A stretch of DNA of 27,306 bases from the IMG/VR virus record IMGVR_UViG_3300000301_000054; one strand, given 5' to 3'. Under the pieces are notes generated by a model, which had not been told where the DNA came from, searched no databases, and saw only the letters and a program-made list of their open reading frames with translations. The DNA is from a virus. Taxonomy: Duplodnaviria > Heunggongvirae > Uroviricota > Caudoviricetes. This document shows, piece by piece, positions 1 through 8,929 of the stretch. The position numbers and the translations under genes were made by a program. Every line of letters begins with the position of its first letter. Positions within the stretch are counted from its first letter, which is position 1.

Positions 1-339
1 CCTTTTCCCTGTATGGACCGAAGGCTGACCGTAGGGGTGTTACGGGGGGTAAAATCAGGAGTTGAATAAATACGAAAAAGGAGGCGACACCCCTCCTTCC
101 CTCCCCACTTATACATACCTGGCTTCTTCGCTATACATGTTGTGTTTTATTCGTGTTTTATCTGTCTCAACCTCTCTATGGGCGTTAATGCACACTCCTT
201 CCAGAACGTTCTATACGGCGACTAATTCTGTTGGTGAATTGGGTGTGTTGTTTTCTCTGTCGGTGTCTGTGGTTTCGTTCGTTTTGCGGTGGTTCTTCTA
301 TGGGGTGTTCTCGTCGTTTTGGTGATTGTTCTTCTCCGT

Positions 340-735
340 GTATGGAGTAATGGCAGGTGGGCGATTCCTTTCGTTATTGTGTTTGAGTTGTTTGTCTGGA
401 GTGTGTGAAAGGCTTTTGTAGTTATTCGTGTATTGGGTAATGGCGTTTCCCGTGATTGTTATGTTTCGTGTCTTTTGGGATTGAGAGAAACCTTGCGGTT
501 ACAGGCTTCGTTGGGGTTTCAGCGGTTCAGGTGTTTCTTCGCTGTTTGGGTAATGGCGTGTCGTGGGTATCGCGCGTATGAATGTTTTCGGATTGCCTGT
601 GAAAGTTAGGTTGGTTGTCCGGTAGCCTGGGGAGAAGAGGTGGGTCTTTTCGGTAGCCTGGGGAGAAGAGGTGGGTCTTTTCGGTAGCCTGCCATAAAGA
701 GGTTGGTTGTTTTTGGTAATGGCATATGTGTTATT
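340..735. repeat. GT-rich block with a periodic GGTAATGGC-type motif (about 4 copies at roughly 90-170 bp spacing)
   Basis: Motif copies near 349, 437, 549 and 715; plus strand strongly G+T rich, almost no A-runs; no credible ORF. Confidence 0.5.
620..692. repeat. Tandem direct repeat, 31-bp unit CGGTAGCCTGGGGAGAAGAGGTGGGTCTTTT x about 2.3
   Basis: Two perfect copies at 620..650 and 651..681, third partial copy 682..692. Confidence 0.85.
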
Positions 736-1192
736 TAGTTGTTTTGTTANNNNNNNNNNNNNNNNNNNNNNNNNNNNNNNNNNNNNNNNNNNNNNNNNNN
801 NNNNNNNNNNNNNNNNNNNNNNNNNNNNNNNNNNNNNNNNNNNNNNNNNNNNNNNNNNNNNNNNNNNNNNNNNNNNNNNNNNNNNNNNNNNNNNNNNNNN
901 NNNNNNNNNNNNNNNNNNNNNNNNNNNNNNNNNNNNNNNNNNNNNNNNNNNNNNNNAGAATTACGGGTATAAGCAGTGATGTGTGAAAACGTCAATTTTT
1001 TAGACCAAATCGGGTGAAAGCGTTGATGTTTCGTTGATCTGTTATTCAGTTGTTTTCTTATTGGTATAAACAACTGTAACCTATTGATATTTAAGGATGT
1101 GATTCCAGGCATGGAAGGGGAGTAGTGGCGATCAACGGATTCTTATAGAAAAGAATCAAATTGTGACCGCCATTATCAATGAGTTGCAACCG

Positions 1193-1762
1193 TTAGTTGT
1201 TCAGATAAACATTTGGAACACGGACGTAGAAGTTCCTGTCGCCGGTAAGTTCCAGAGTAATGTTAATGTCATTACCATTGTCTAGTGTAGCCGTTGCTCT
1301 ATAGAACTTATCCGTCACCTTGTCCTCTATTGTCACCTTCATACATTTTGGTGCAGTCGAACCGTTATTCTCTTTCAGAATAGTTGTCACGAGAGGGCAG
1401 GCTGCTTCTTCAAGAGCAACCTCGTCCTTGTGTGGGATGCCGATGAAGATAATCCAAGCCAGCGACGCAACGATTATGATAAATGGCACTCTGCTGCCTT
1501 TTGTAATAGTCGCGCGCTTCCAGAGATAGACAGGCAGGAGGAATACCCCCCATAGAATTGAAGGTGGTTCACAGCCAGACTCCGATAGAGCCATTCTGTC
1601 AGCTACTAACAAACCGATGGTAGTTACACCCCCAATTATAATAGCGTAATTGGTATACTCTTCCGGCGATACTCCAAAGAAGAAAGGCATGAACGCTAGA
1701 ATCCACGCATAAATGTTATTCAGAGGTTTTGTTTGTTGGTTCTGGGTTTCCATCACATCCAT
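1193..1762 (-). CDS. Hypothetical membrane protein: four predicted N-terminal TM helices plus about 70-aa C-terminal soluble domain
   Basis: 189-aa ORF; hydrophobic segments IYAWILAFMPFFFGV, YAIIIGGVTTIGLLVA, ILWGVFLLPVYLW, VPFIIIVASLAWIIFIGI; AT-rich promoter-like region upstream (1763..1914). Confidence 0.5.
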   Translation of the reverse strand: MDVMETQNQQTKPLNNIYAWILAFMPFFFGVSPEEYTNYAIIIGGVTTIGLLVADRMALSESGCEPPSILWGVFLLPVYLWKRATITKGSRVPFIIIVASLAWIIFIGIPHKDEVALEEAACPLVTTILKENNGSTAPKCMKVTIEDKVTDKFYRATATLDNGNDINITLELTGDRNFYVRVPNVYLNN

Positions 1763-1914
1763 TCCATCACATAAAAATCGCGTTTATATATTATCAATTT
1801 TCTCACTTGTATAACCTAAATACGCATCCGTTTATCAATCCACCTTCCACAAACATCAGCTTTAGCTATGAAAAATAACAATCTCAAAGTGAAAACCATT
1901 ATCATAGGAAACGA

Positions 1915-2178
1915 TTAGATGAGATGGTCTAATTCATCATCTATCATTGCTTTAACACTTGAGTCATTAACCCCGTATTGATTTATGAACCGTTTCAGCT
2001 CCGGTGAAAACTGAAGGTAGATATCGTGAGCGTTTTTCACTGTAGNNNNNNNNNNNNNNNNNNNNNNNNNNNNNNNNNNNNNNNNNNNNNNNNNNNNNNN
2101 NNNNNNNNNNNNNNNNNNNNNNNNNNNNNCGCCACGCATTTCAAGCGCCTTTAGTAGATATGAGTCTTCTTTAAGCAT
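1915..2178 (-). CDS. Hypothetical small protein (interrupted by N run 2046..2129)
   Basis: ATG at 2178 with GGAG 6-7 nt upstream; 36-nt spacer after the upstream gene; true length unknown because of the gap. Confidence 0.35.
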   Translation of the reverse strand: MLKEDSYLLKALEMRGXXXXXXXXXXXXXXXXXXXXXXXXXXXXXTVKNAHDIYLQFSPELKRFINQYGVNDSSVKAMIDDELDHLI

Positions 2179-2214
2179 AAATTCTCCGTTGTCTAGTATG
2201 AAGCGATTGCCGGA

Positions 2215-2514
2215 TTACCATTGCCAGCACTCTAGCCCTTCAACGACCGGTGCACCACAATCAAAATGTACAGAGTCAAAGCCTACATCAAGTACTTTCT
2301 GAATGTTCGCAATCGCGCCCTCGGATATACCATATCGACGCAACTCATCTTTCCAGTCATCGTCCTGTAACCCGGCGTGGACAATGCAACCGTACTCAAT
2401 TTGTGAAACCCAATCCAGCTCATTGCTTGCGATCATGAATCGGCGAGCATCTTCCTCTGATGTATGAGATGAACTGATCAATGCCACCTGGTAGGCTTGG
2501 GTAATGTTCAACAT
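2215..2514 (-). CDS. Hypothetical small protein (about 99 aa from the ATG at 2514; the ORF track begins at a GTG at 2523)
   Basis: GGAG about 8 nt upstream of the ATG at 2514; palindromic leader element directly upstream. Confidence 0.45.
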   Translation of the reverse strand: MLNITQAYQVALISSSHTSEEDARRFMIASNELDWVSQIEYGCIVHAGLQDDDWKDELRRYGISEGAIANIQKVLDVGFDSVHFDCGAPVVEGLECWQW

Positions 2515-2527
2515 TTCAACCACTCCG

Positions 2528-2540
2528 AAACAATTTGTTT
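2528..2540 (-). promoter_or_regulatory. Palindromic leader element AAACAA-T-TTGTTT, 2 nt upstream of the SD of the 2215..2514 gene
   Basis: Perfect 13-bp palindrome; member of a family recurring at 2578, 15079, 15807 and 26517. Confidence 0.5.
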
Positions 2541-2577
2541 TCTTATGTGGCTTATTATCTCAATCAACAAAAGGTAG

Positions 2578-2592
2578 AAAACAAATTGTTTT
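2578..2592 (-). promoter_or_regulatory. Palindromic leader element AAAACAA-A-TTGTTTT; flanking AAAAGGTAGAAAACAA also present at 10175..10190
   Basis: Perfect 15-bp palindrome; 16-nt identity with the leader of the gene starting at 10111. Confidence 0.5.
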
Positions 2593-2675
2593 AGGGCTTG
2601 TGTAAATCAGGAGGGATTGTGTCTATATGAAAATGCCCAGCGTGTTGCCGGGCATTGTGAAGAATGGTTGTTTAG

Positions 2676-4709
2676 TTACTTAACTTGGTGGCCTGGTTTA
2701 GCACCAGCATCCGGGCTTAACAGGAAGATATCTTTTCCGCCAGGGCCAGCAGCCATCACCATGCCTTCAGAGATACCGAAGCGCATTTTACGCGGAGCCA
2801 GGTTAGCCACCATAATTGTGTGACGACCAATCAGTGCCTGTGGGTCTGGATAAGCAGAACGGATGCCTGAGAAGACATTACGCTTTTCACCACCGAGATC
2901 CAGTGTCAGGCGCAACAGTTTGTCAGAACCTTCAACAAACTCCGCGTTTTCAATCAGCGCCACGCGCAGGTCAACTTTGGCGAAGTCATCAAAGGTGATG
3001 GTTTCCTGAATCGGATCGTCTGCCAGCGGGCCAGTAACTGGCGCGGCAGTGGCTTTCACTTCTTCTTTAGAGGCTTCCACCAGTGCTTCAACCTGCTTCA
3101 TGTCGATGCGGTTATACAGTGCTTTGAACGGATTAACTTTGTGCGCCAGCAGCGGTTGCTGGATGCCATCCCAGGTCAGTTCCGTATTGAGGAATGCTTC
3201 TGCACGCTCGGTCAGTTTCGGCAGTACCGGTTTCAGGTACGTCATCAGTACGCGGAACAGGTTAATGCCCATTGAGCAAATCGCCTGCAGGTCGGCATCG
3301 CGACCTTCCTGTTTCGCCACCACCCACGGAGCCTGTTCATCGACATAGCGGTTAGCCAGGTCAGCCAATGCCATGATTTCACGGATAGCTTTACCAAATT
3401 CACGGCTTTCCCATGCTTCGCCAATCACTTCAGCGGCATCAGTAAAGGTTTTGTACAGTTGCGGGTCAGCCAGTTCGCTTGCCAGCACGCCGTCAAAACG
3501 CTTGTTGATAAAGCCTGCATTACGGGAGGCCAGGTTAACCACTTTGTTCACGATATCGGCATTCACGCGCTGAACGAAATCCTCCAGGTTGAGATCGATA
3601 TCATCAATGCGCGAAGAGAGTTTCGCAGTGTAGTAGTAACGCAGGCTGTCAGCGTCAAAATGATTCAGCCAGGTGCTGGCTTTAATAAAGGTGCCGCGAG
3701 ACTTGGACATCTTCGCGCCGTTCACCGTCACATAGCCGTGAACAAACAGGTTGGTCGGCTTGCGGAAGTTGCTGCCTTCCAGCATGGCAGGCCAGAACAG
3801 GCTGTGGAAGTAAACAATATCTTTACCGATGAAGTGGTACAGCTCGGCGGTGGAGTCTTTCTTCCAGTATTCATCGAAGCTGGTGGTATCGCCGCGCTTG
3901 TCGCACAGATTCTTGAAAGAACCCATGTAGCCAATCGGTGCGTCCAGCCAGACGTAGAAGTATTTGCCTGGTGCGTTCGGAATTTCAAAACCGAAGTAAG
4001 GCGCATCGCGGGAGATATCCCACTGTTGCAGGCCGGATTCAAACCACTCCTGCATTTTGTTTGCCACCTGCTCCTGCAACGCGCCGCTGCGGGTCCATGC
4101 CTGCAACATTTCGCTGAAAGAAGGCAGATCAAAGAAGAAGTGTTCGGAATCACGCATTACCGGGGTAGCGCCAGAAACCACCGATTTCGGCTCGATCAAT
4201 TCAGTCGGGCTATATGTTGCGCCGCAGACTTCACAGTTATCGCCGTATTGATCTGGCGCTTTACATTTCGGGCAGGTGCCTTTTACAAAACGATCCGGCA
4301 GGAACATGCCTTTTTCCGGGTCGTACAACTGAGAGATAGTGCGGTTTTTAATAAAACCGTTCTCTTTCAGGCGAGTATAGATAAGCTCAGACAACTGACG
4401 GTTCTCTTCGCTGTGCGTCGAGTGATAGTTGTCATAGCTGATGTTAAAGCCTGCGAAATCAGTCTGGTGTTCCTGACTCATTTCGCCAATCATCTGCTCC
4501 GGTGTGATACCAAGCTGCTGTGCTTTCAGCATGATCGGCGTACCGTGGGCATCGTCGGCACAGATGAAATTAACCTCGTGGCCGCGCATTCGCTGGTAAC
4601 GAACCCAGACATCAGCCTGGATGTGCTCCAGCATATGGCCGAGGTGGATTGAGCCGTTAGCGTACGGCAGCGCGCACGTCACCAGAATTTTCTTCGCGAC
4701 TTGGGTCAT
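2676..4709 (-). CDS. metG: Methionine--tRNA ligase (677 aa)
   Basis: Translation from [29 protein letters not shown] (class I HIGH motif), KMSKS present, C-terminal tRNA-binding domain; near-identical to enterobacterial MetG as recalled. The ORF-track start at 4838 is a 43-codon upstream extension; ATG at 4707..4709 chosen. Confidence 0.95.
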   Translation of the reverse strand: MTQVAKKILVTCALPYANGSIHLGHMLEHIQADVWVRYQRMRGHEVNFICADDAHGTPIMLKAQQLGITPEQMIGEMSQEHQTDFAGFNISYDNYHSTHSEENRQLSELIYTRLKENGFIKNRTISQLYDPEKGMFLPDRFVKGTCPKCKAPDQYGDNCEVCGATYSPTELIEPKSVVSGATPVMRDSEHFFFDLPSFSEMLQAWTRSGALQEQVANKMQEWFESGLQQWDISRDAPYFGFEIPNAPGKYFYVWLDAPIGYMGSFKNLCDKRGDTTSFDEYWKKDSTAELYHFIGKDIVYFHSLFWPAMLEGSNFRKPTNLFVHGYVTVNGAKMSKSRGTFIKASTWLNHFDADSLRYYYTAKLSSRIDDIDLNLEDFVQRVNADIVNKVVNLASRNAGFINKRFDGVLASELADPQLYKTFTDAAEVIGEAWESREFGKAIREIMALADLANRYVDEQAPWVVAKQEGRDADLQAICSMGINLFRVLMTYLKPVLPKLTERAEAFLNTELTWDGIQQPLLAHKVNPFKALYNRIDMKQVEALVEASKEEVKATAAPVTGPLADDPIQETITFDDFAKVDLRVALIENAEFVEGSDKLLRLTLDLGGEKRNVFSGIRSAYPDPQALIGRHTIMVANLAPRKMRFGISEGMVMAAGPGGKDIFLLSPDAGAKPGHQVK

Positions 4710-4866
4710 AGTAGGCATTACTTCTTTGTAGTGAAAAGGGGCTTGATAGTAACAAAATGGCCTTATGTCTGCCATGTGATAACAGCATTTCTCATAAATG
4801 ATTAAATGTCGTAGCTGGAGTACACTACAAGGCGACAATTGCGCAAATTAAAATAAAGGAGACGGG

Positions 4867-6126
4867 ATGAGCGAGTCCAAATCGCCGGATGCCCTGAGAG
4901 CAATGGTAGCCGGTACGCTGGCTAATTTTCAGCACCCAACCCTGAAACACAACCTGACTACGCTTAAAGCGTTACACCATGTTGCGTTGATGGATGACAC
5001 ACTGCATGTCGAACTAATCATGCCTTTCGTGTGGAATAAGCCTTTTGAAGACCTGAAAGAGCAATGTAGTGGTGATCTGCTCCGTATCACTGGCGCAAAG
5101 GCTATTGACTGGAAGCTGTCGTACAACATTGCCACGCTTAAGCGCGTCAAAAACCAACCAGGCATTAATGGCGTTAAGAACATTATCGCCGTCAGCTCAG
5201 GCAAGGGCGGCGTGGGTAAATCCTCCACAGCGGTAAACCTGGCACTGGCTTTGGCTGCTGAAGGTGCGAAAGTTGGTATTTTGGATGCCGATATCTACGG
5301 GCCATCAATTCCAACCATGCTTGGNNNNNNNNNNNNNNNNNNNNNNNNNNNNNNNNNNNNNNNNNNNNNNNNNNNNNNNNNNNNNNNNNNNNNNNNNNNN
5401 NNNNNNNNNNNNNNNNNNNNNNNNNNCAACTTCACCGGACGGTACTCACATGGCACCGATTATGTCTCATGGCCTGGCAACCAATTCAATTGGTTATCTG
5501 GTCACTGACGACAATGCGATGGTGTGGCGTGGACCGATGGCCAGCAAGGCGCTGATGCAGATGTTGCAGGAAACACTGTGGCCTGATCTGGACTATCTCG
5601 TTCTCGATATGCCGCCGGGCACTGGTGATATTCAGTTGACGNNNNNNNNNNNNNNNNNNNNNNNNNNNNNNNNNNNNNNNNNNNNNNNNNNNNNNNNNNN
5701 NNNNNNNNNNNNNNNNNNNNNNNNNNNNNNNNNNNNNNNNNNNNNNNNNNNNNNNNNNNNNNNNNNNNCATCGCGCTGATCGATGCGAAGAAAGGCATTG
5801 TGATGTTCGAAAAAGTCGAAGTGCCGGTACTAGGTATCGTCGAAAACATGAGTGTGCATATTTGCAGTAACTGCGGTCATCACGAGCCAATTTTTGGCAC
5901 CGGTGGCGCACAGAAACTGGCCGAGAAATACAACACGCAGTTGTTAGGCCAAATGCCTCTTCATATCTCTCTTCGTGAAGATCTGGATAACGGAACACCA
6001 ACCGTTATTAGTCGTCCAGATAGCGAATTTACGGCTATTTATCGTGACCTCGCAGATCGCGTTGCTGCCCAAATGTATTGGCAAGGTGAAGTAATACCTG
6101 GCGAAATCGCATTCCGCGCAGTGTGA
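4867..6126 (+). CDS. apbC: Fe-S cluster carrier ATPase ApbC/Mrp (interrupted by N runs 5325..5426 and 5642..5768)
   Basis: Three segments read [16 protein letters not shown]...[21 protein letters not shown] (deviant Walker A), [15 protein letters not shown]...[12 protein letters not shown], and ...[16 protein letters not shown]...EIAFRAV; segments fall in different frames only because of the N runs. Confidence 0.9.
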
Positions 6127-6132
6127 TAAAAA

Positions 6133-6151
6133 GGCGGTGCAATGCACCGCC
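6133..6151. terminator. Hairpin GGCGGTGC-AAT-GCACCGCC between convergent apbC and the UmuD'-like gene; U-tract on the minus-strand side
   Basis: Perfect 8-bp GC-rich stem; flanked by AAAAA on plus (TTTTT on the minus transcript). Confidence 0.6.
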
Positions 6152-6163
6152 TAATCAGTTCTC

Positions 6164-6626
6164 CTACATCACGGGACAATCATCAAACTCGCCACTTCTT
6201 GCGTCGTTGATAATGTGAGTGATCACACCAAACACGGCATTGCTGCCCGTGCATCCATCGTCATCCTTTGGCAATGCTTCCTTCTTACCGGTTCTTAAAT
6301 CCTCCAGATGCTGACGTGGGTACTTCCGGTATCTTTTTNNNNNNNNNNNNNNNNNNNNNNNNNNNNNNNNNNNNNNNNNNNNNNNNNNNNNNNNNNNNNN
6401 NNNNNNNNNNNNNGCGATATTCCCCATCCAGAGCGCATACAAGCAGAGAACCATCAACCGGGGTAAGTGAGGAATCGACCACCAGCAATGCACCCTGTAA
6501 TATTCCCTCACGATGATGACTATCAGCTGCCCTCATGAAGTAGGTCGCTGAAGGATGTCTAATTATCTGCTGATCAAGAGAAATACGGCTCTCAGCATAA
6601 TCCGCCGCAGGAGAAGGGAAGCCCAT
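6164..6626 (-). CDS. UmuD'-like S24-peptidase-domain protein, N-terminally truncated at the position of the UmuD cleavage site (interrupted by N run 6339..6413)
   Basis: Starts MGFPSPAADYAESRISLDQQIIRHPSATYF...LLVVDSSLTPVDGSLLVCALDGEY, aligning to UmuD from Gly25 onward; C-terminal segment ...AVFGVITHIINDA matches the UmuD C-terminus; SD AAGAGG upstream. Confidence 0.7.
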
Positions 6627-6641
6627 AATACTCGCCTCTTA

Positions 6642-6661
6642 ATACTGTATATACATACAGT
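6642..6661 (-). promoter_or_regulatory. LexA (SOS) box TACTGTATATACATACAGTA overlapping a sigma70-like promoter (TTCAAA-17-TATACT) for the UmuD'-like gene
   Basis: CTGT-N8-ACAG palindrome matching the LexA consensus; 16-35 nt upstream of the ATG at 6626. Confidence 0.7.
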
Positions 6662-6962
6662 ATATGTTGAAGCTATATATTTTTGAACTCTATCTCTTAA
6701 AAAAAGATGTTAATAAGATGCTAACTATTGAAAGGCATAAATATATACAATTCCAACAAACGTTATTTTTAACAAATTTTTTCTCTCTGTTGACTTTTGC
6801 GAAAGCCTTGTCTGGCCTAAATTGCGCGGAAGCTACTTTTTCCTTCCTGAGTTATCCACAGAGTTATGCACTTGCATGCATAACCTATACACACTATCTT
6901 AATTCGCAAGACACTGATGTTGCGGTATTGAAGGTTCATTGGGTTAAAAATAGACATTAAAA

Positions 6963-6990
6963 AGCCCAGTTGACTAGGCTGGGCTTTTTA
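6963..6990. terminator. Rho-independent terminator hairpin AGCCCAG...CTGGGCT flanked by A-run and T-run (bidirectional)
   Basis: 7-bp stem, about 8-nt loop, TTTTT at 6986..6990 and AAAA upstream. Confidence 0.7.
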
Positions 6991-7026
6991 AAAGGAAACA
7001 GAGTTTGCGGCTCTGTTCCTGAGCCA

Positions 7027-7215
7027 TAAGTATCTGGCGACTGAATTAAGATTAACCGAATGTACTGGATTCATCAAGAAACGTTGAGTGGTCATACCAG
7101 GTAATAATGACCATTTACTAAACATCGTTGTTCTCAAAGAAGATTTAAGTCCAGGTTTTTGGTGACTCTAAAACCTTACCTTAACTCGAAATCGTGCCGT
7201 AAGTATCTGGCGACT
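7027..7215. repeat. 16-bp perfect direct repeat TAAGTATCTGGCGACT (7027..7042 and 7200..7215); second short repeat AAATCGTGCCG (7188..7198 and 7310..7320)
   Basis: Read directly; located in the non-coding junction between the UmuD'-like gene and the phage-type gene run. Confidence 0.7.
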
Positions 7216-7289
7216 ACAGATATTGCAACTGCAAAGGCAAGCCCAAAGGTATTTGCAGCTAGGCGCGATAAAACTAAGTGAGGCCTGTT

Positions 7290-7373
7290 ATGGTTAACTT
7301 ACTGTTCAAAATCGTGCCGCCGATGTTCGCGATTATCAAAGCGATCATTGAGTACGTAAACCAGCGTCCATAA
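7290..7373 (+). CDS. Candidate 27-aa hydrophobic peptide MVNLLFKIVPPMFAIIKAIIEYVNQRP
   Basis: GTGAGG SD 6-7 nt upstream of ATG; followed by terminator hairpin 7387..7411 and a T-run; not in the ORF track because it is under 60 aa. Confidence 0.3.
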   Translation: MVNLLFKIVPPMFAIIKAIIEYVNQRP

Positions 7374-7386
7374 CGCTAGTTGCTAC

Positions 7387-7411
7387 AGGCCCCATCAAGA
7401 GCATGGGGCCT
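7387..7411 (+). terminator. Hairpin AGGCCCCAT-CAAGAGC-ATGGGGCCT followed by a T-rich tract
   Basis: Perfect 9-bp stem; T-rich downstream on plus strand. Confidence 0.55.
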
Positions 7412-7428
7412 CTTTATCGTACTATTGC

Positions 7429-8094
7429 TTATTTTTTACGGACTGAGTTGTTCACTGCTCTGGCAATCTTCTCCCGCAATTGCTGCGTTCCGTGGTACTG
7501 AACCGCAATATCTCTCAACTCGTTCACCAGTTCTCGAATCTGGTGATCTTTAAGCTCATTATTTGGGTGATTGGTAACAACTCTGGTTAATTCACCCTTG
7601 TCTTTTGCTCTTACGTATGCAGCTCTTGTGCATTCGACCCATGTATTACCGCCTACATTAACTTCGTAGATTAGGCTGGACTTATCTGTCAATTCGGAAC
7701 AAATACGGGCCGTGGTCTGGCAACTAGAGCATTCGCAGTTATCGCGGAAACCGTGGTCTACTGGCTTCGGTTTCACATCATCAACTTTTTCTACCCTATC
7801 GGAATTTAAATACTTCGAAGCCTTGCTATGCCAATCGCTGGTTTTAGGATCTTGTCCATCCATCAAACGCCAGGCTTCAGCGATTAACTCATAACTAGTG
7901 ACTGTAGCTTCCTGCGCATCACCAATAAGTCGTGTAATCTCTCTTTCAAGCCGACCGCCTAACTCCGTTTTAGTGCAATGTTCTGACCAATCGCCAGCCT
8001 CAAGAAGCGCGAGAATGCTTAAAATATCGTCCAATAGAACGGTAGTATTATCGACTTCCTTCTGAAACTCACCGGCTACTGATTTATGCATCAT
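7429..8094 (-). CDS. Hypothetical phage-type protein (221 aa), last gene of the minus-strand run
   Basis: Start overlaps the stop of the upstream gene by 4 nt; Cys cluster CECSSC. Confidence 0.55.
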   Translation of the reverse strand: MMHKSVAGEFQKEVDNTTVLLDDILSILALLEAGDWSEHCTKTELGGRLEREITRLIGDAQEATVTSYELIAEAWRLMDGQDPKTSDWHSKASKYLNSDRVEKVDDVKPKPVDHGFRDNCECSSCQTTARICSELTDKSSLIYEVNVGGNTWVECTRAAYVRAKDKGELTRVVTNHPNNELKDHQIRELVNELRDIAVQYHGTQQLREKIARAVNNSVRKK

Positions 8095-8744
8095 TCGTCA
8101 TCCTCATCCGAGTCATCCTCATCACAGGATGAGAGTAGTGGGTTAGTCATTCGCCCTACTTGAGTGGCGTAGCCACGCCGACAGAGATTGCGCAGCACAC
8201 TGTATATTTCGAACATCTCGGTTCGTTCATCGCCAACATCAAGCTCAGATGCTATAGCGTGGCATTCAGTCGCGAGAGCCGATATTTTCTGAAATAACTC
8301 TGCATTATTCACTGTTCGACTCCTGCGGCGTTCTGGTAGTGGCATCCAGTGTGTGACATTGCTAATCAGACCATATTCATTAGTTTGAGGATGGTTGCCG
8401 TTATCGTCTCCGTATTTAAGACTCTCCATAAAGCCATAATGCCTATCACCATTAACGCTCACAAAGCCGTAATAAGCAGGTATAACGCCGATCTCACACG
8501 TAATCAGCAAAGGAAAACCAGTTCTCCAATTTAGCTCGCCGATTACAGGCATTCGCTCACTACAGCTTATCCAACCATCCTTAGATGCGGCTGTATTGGC
8601 ATAGGCCTTACGGTGCTTCTGTAGCTCTGCTGCAATCGCTCTCACGACTTCAACTGGTGCCCTTGCAGCAAACTCAATGTTGGTGATCAGCTCATTAAGA
8701 TATTTCTCGCTTGGGTAGCATTTCTTATTGTTAACGGTGGTCAT
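8091..8744 (-). CDS. DUF551-like phage protein with acidic C-terminal tail
   Basis: DGWISCSERMPV...VTHWMPLPE, the hallmark of the DUF551 family common in enterobacterial phages; C-terminal DEDDSDEDDE. Confidence 0.6.
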   Translation of the reverse strand: MTTVNNKKCYPSEKYLNELITNIEFAARAPVEVVRAIAAELQKHRKAYANTAASKDGWISCSERMPVIGELNWRTGFPLLITCEIGVIPAYYGFVSVNGDRHYGFMESLKYGDDNGNHPQTNEYGLISNVTHWMPLPERRRSRTVNNAELFQKISALATECHAIASELDVGDERTEMFEIYSVLRNLCRRGYATQVGRMTNPLLSSCDEDDSDEDDE

Positions 8745-8929
8745 TAGGCAGCTCTCTCAACAACAAGCAATTCGTCGTAGTCATAATCAGTTTCGGAACC
8801 ATCCGTACCGAACAGAGTCACTTTGTCATTTTCCATCCAAAAAGATTTAACCGCACATTGTTGACCTTTAGATGTTATGAGCACATCACCAGGGATTACG
8901 TCTTCAGCGCGAACCTCTAGTGTTCTCAT
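8744..8929 (-). CDS. Hypothetical small phage protein (61 aa)
   Basis: Stop/start overlaps with both neighbours. Confidence 0.45.
   Translation of the reverse strand: MRTLEVRAEDVIPGDVLITSKGQQCAVKSFWMENDKVTLFGTDGSETDYDYDELLVVERAA

Noticed and set aside
62-325. 87-aa plus-strand ORF in the GT-rich repeat block
   Set aside because: Begins at a TTG only 2 nt after a GGAG; its composition simply mirrors the GT-rich repeat (Val/Phe/Ser/Leu); no independent support.
707-1112. ORFs consisting mostly of X across the N run 750..956, and similar X-filled ORFs at other gaps
   Set aside because: Artefacts of translating N; carry no information.
3459-4652. 397-aa plus-strand ORF and other ORFs (3049..3348, 3728..4153, 2816..2998) overlapping metG
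   Set aside because: Antisense or alternative-frame shadows of the well-supported metG CDS; Arg/Ala-rich composition typical of GC-frame artefacts.
6852-6860. Perfect DnaA-box 9-mer TTATCCACA
   Set aside because: A single 9-mer is expected by chance at appreciable frequency in 27 kb on two strands; no cluster of boxes or adjacent AT-rich unwinding element.
6664-6960. 98-aa plus-strand ORF between the LexA box and the terminator at 6963..6990
   Set aside because: Very AT-rich with odd composition and no convincing SD. The terminator directly after its stop means a transcript probably exists here, but coding capacity is doubtful; kept as possible non-coding or leader RNA rather than a CDS.
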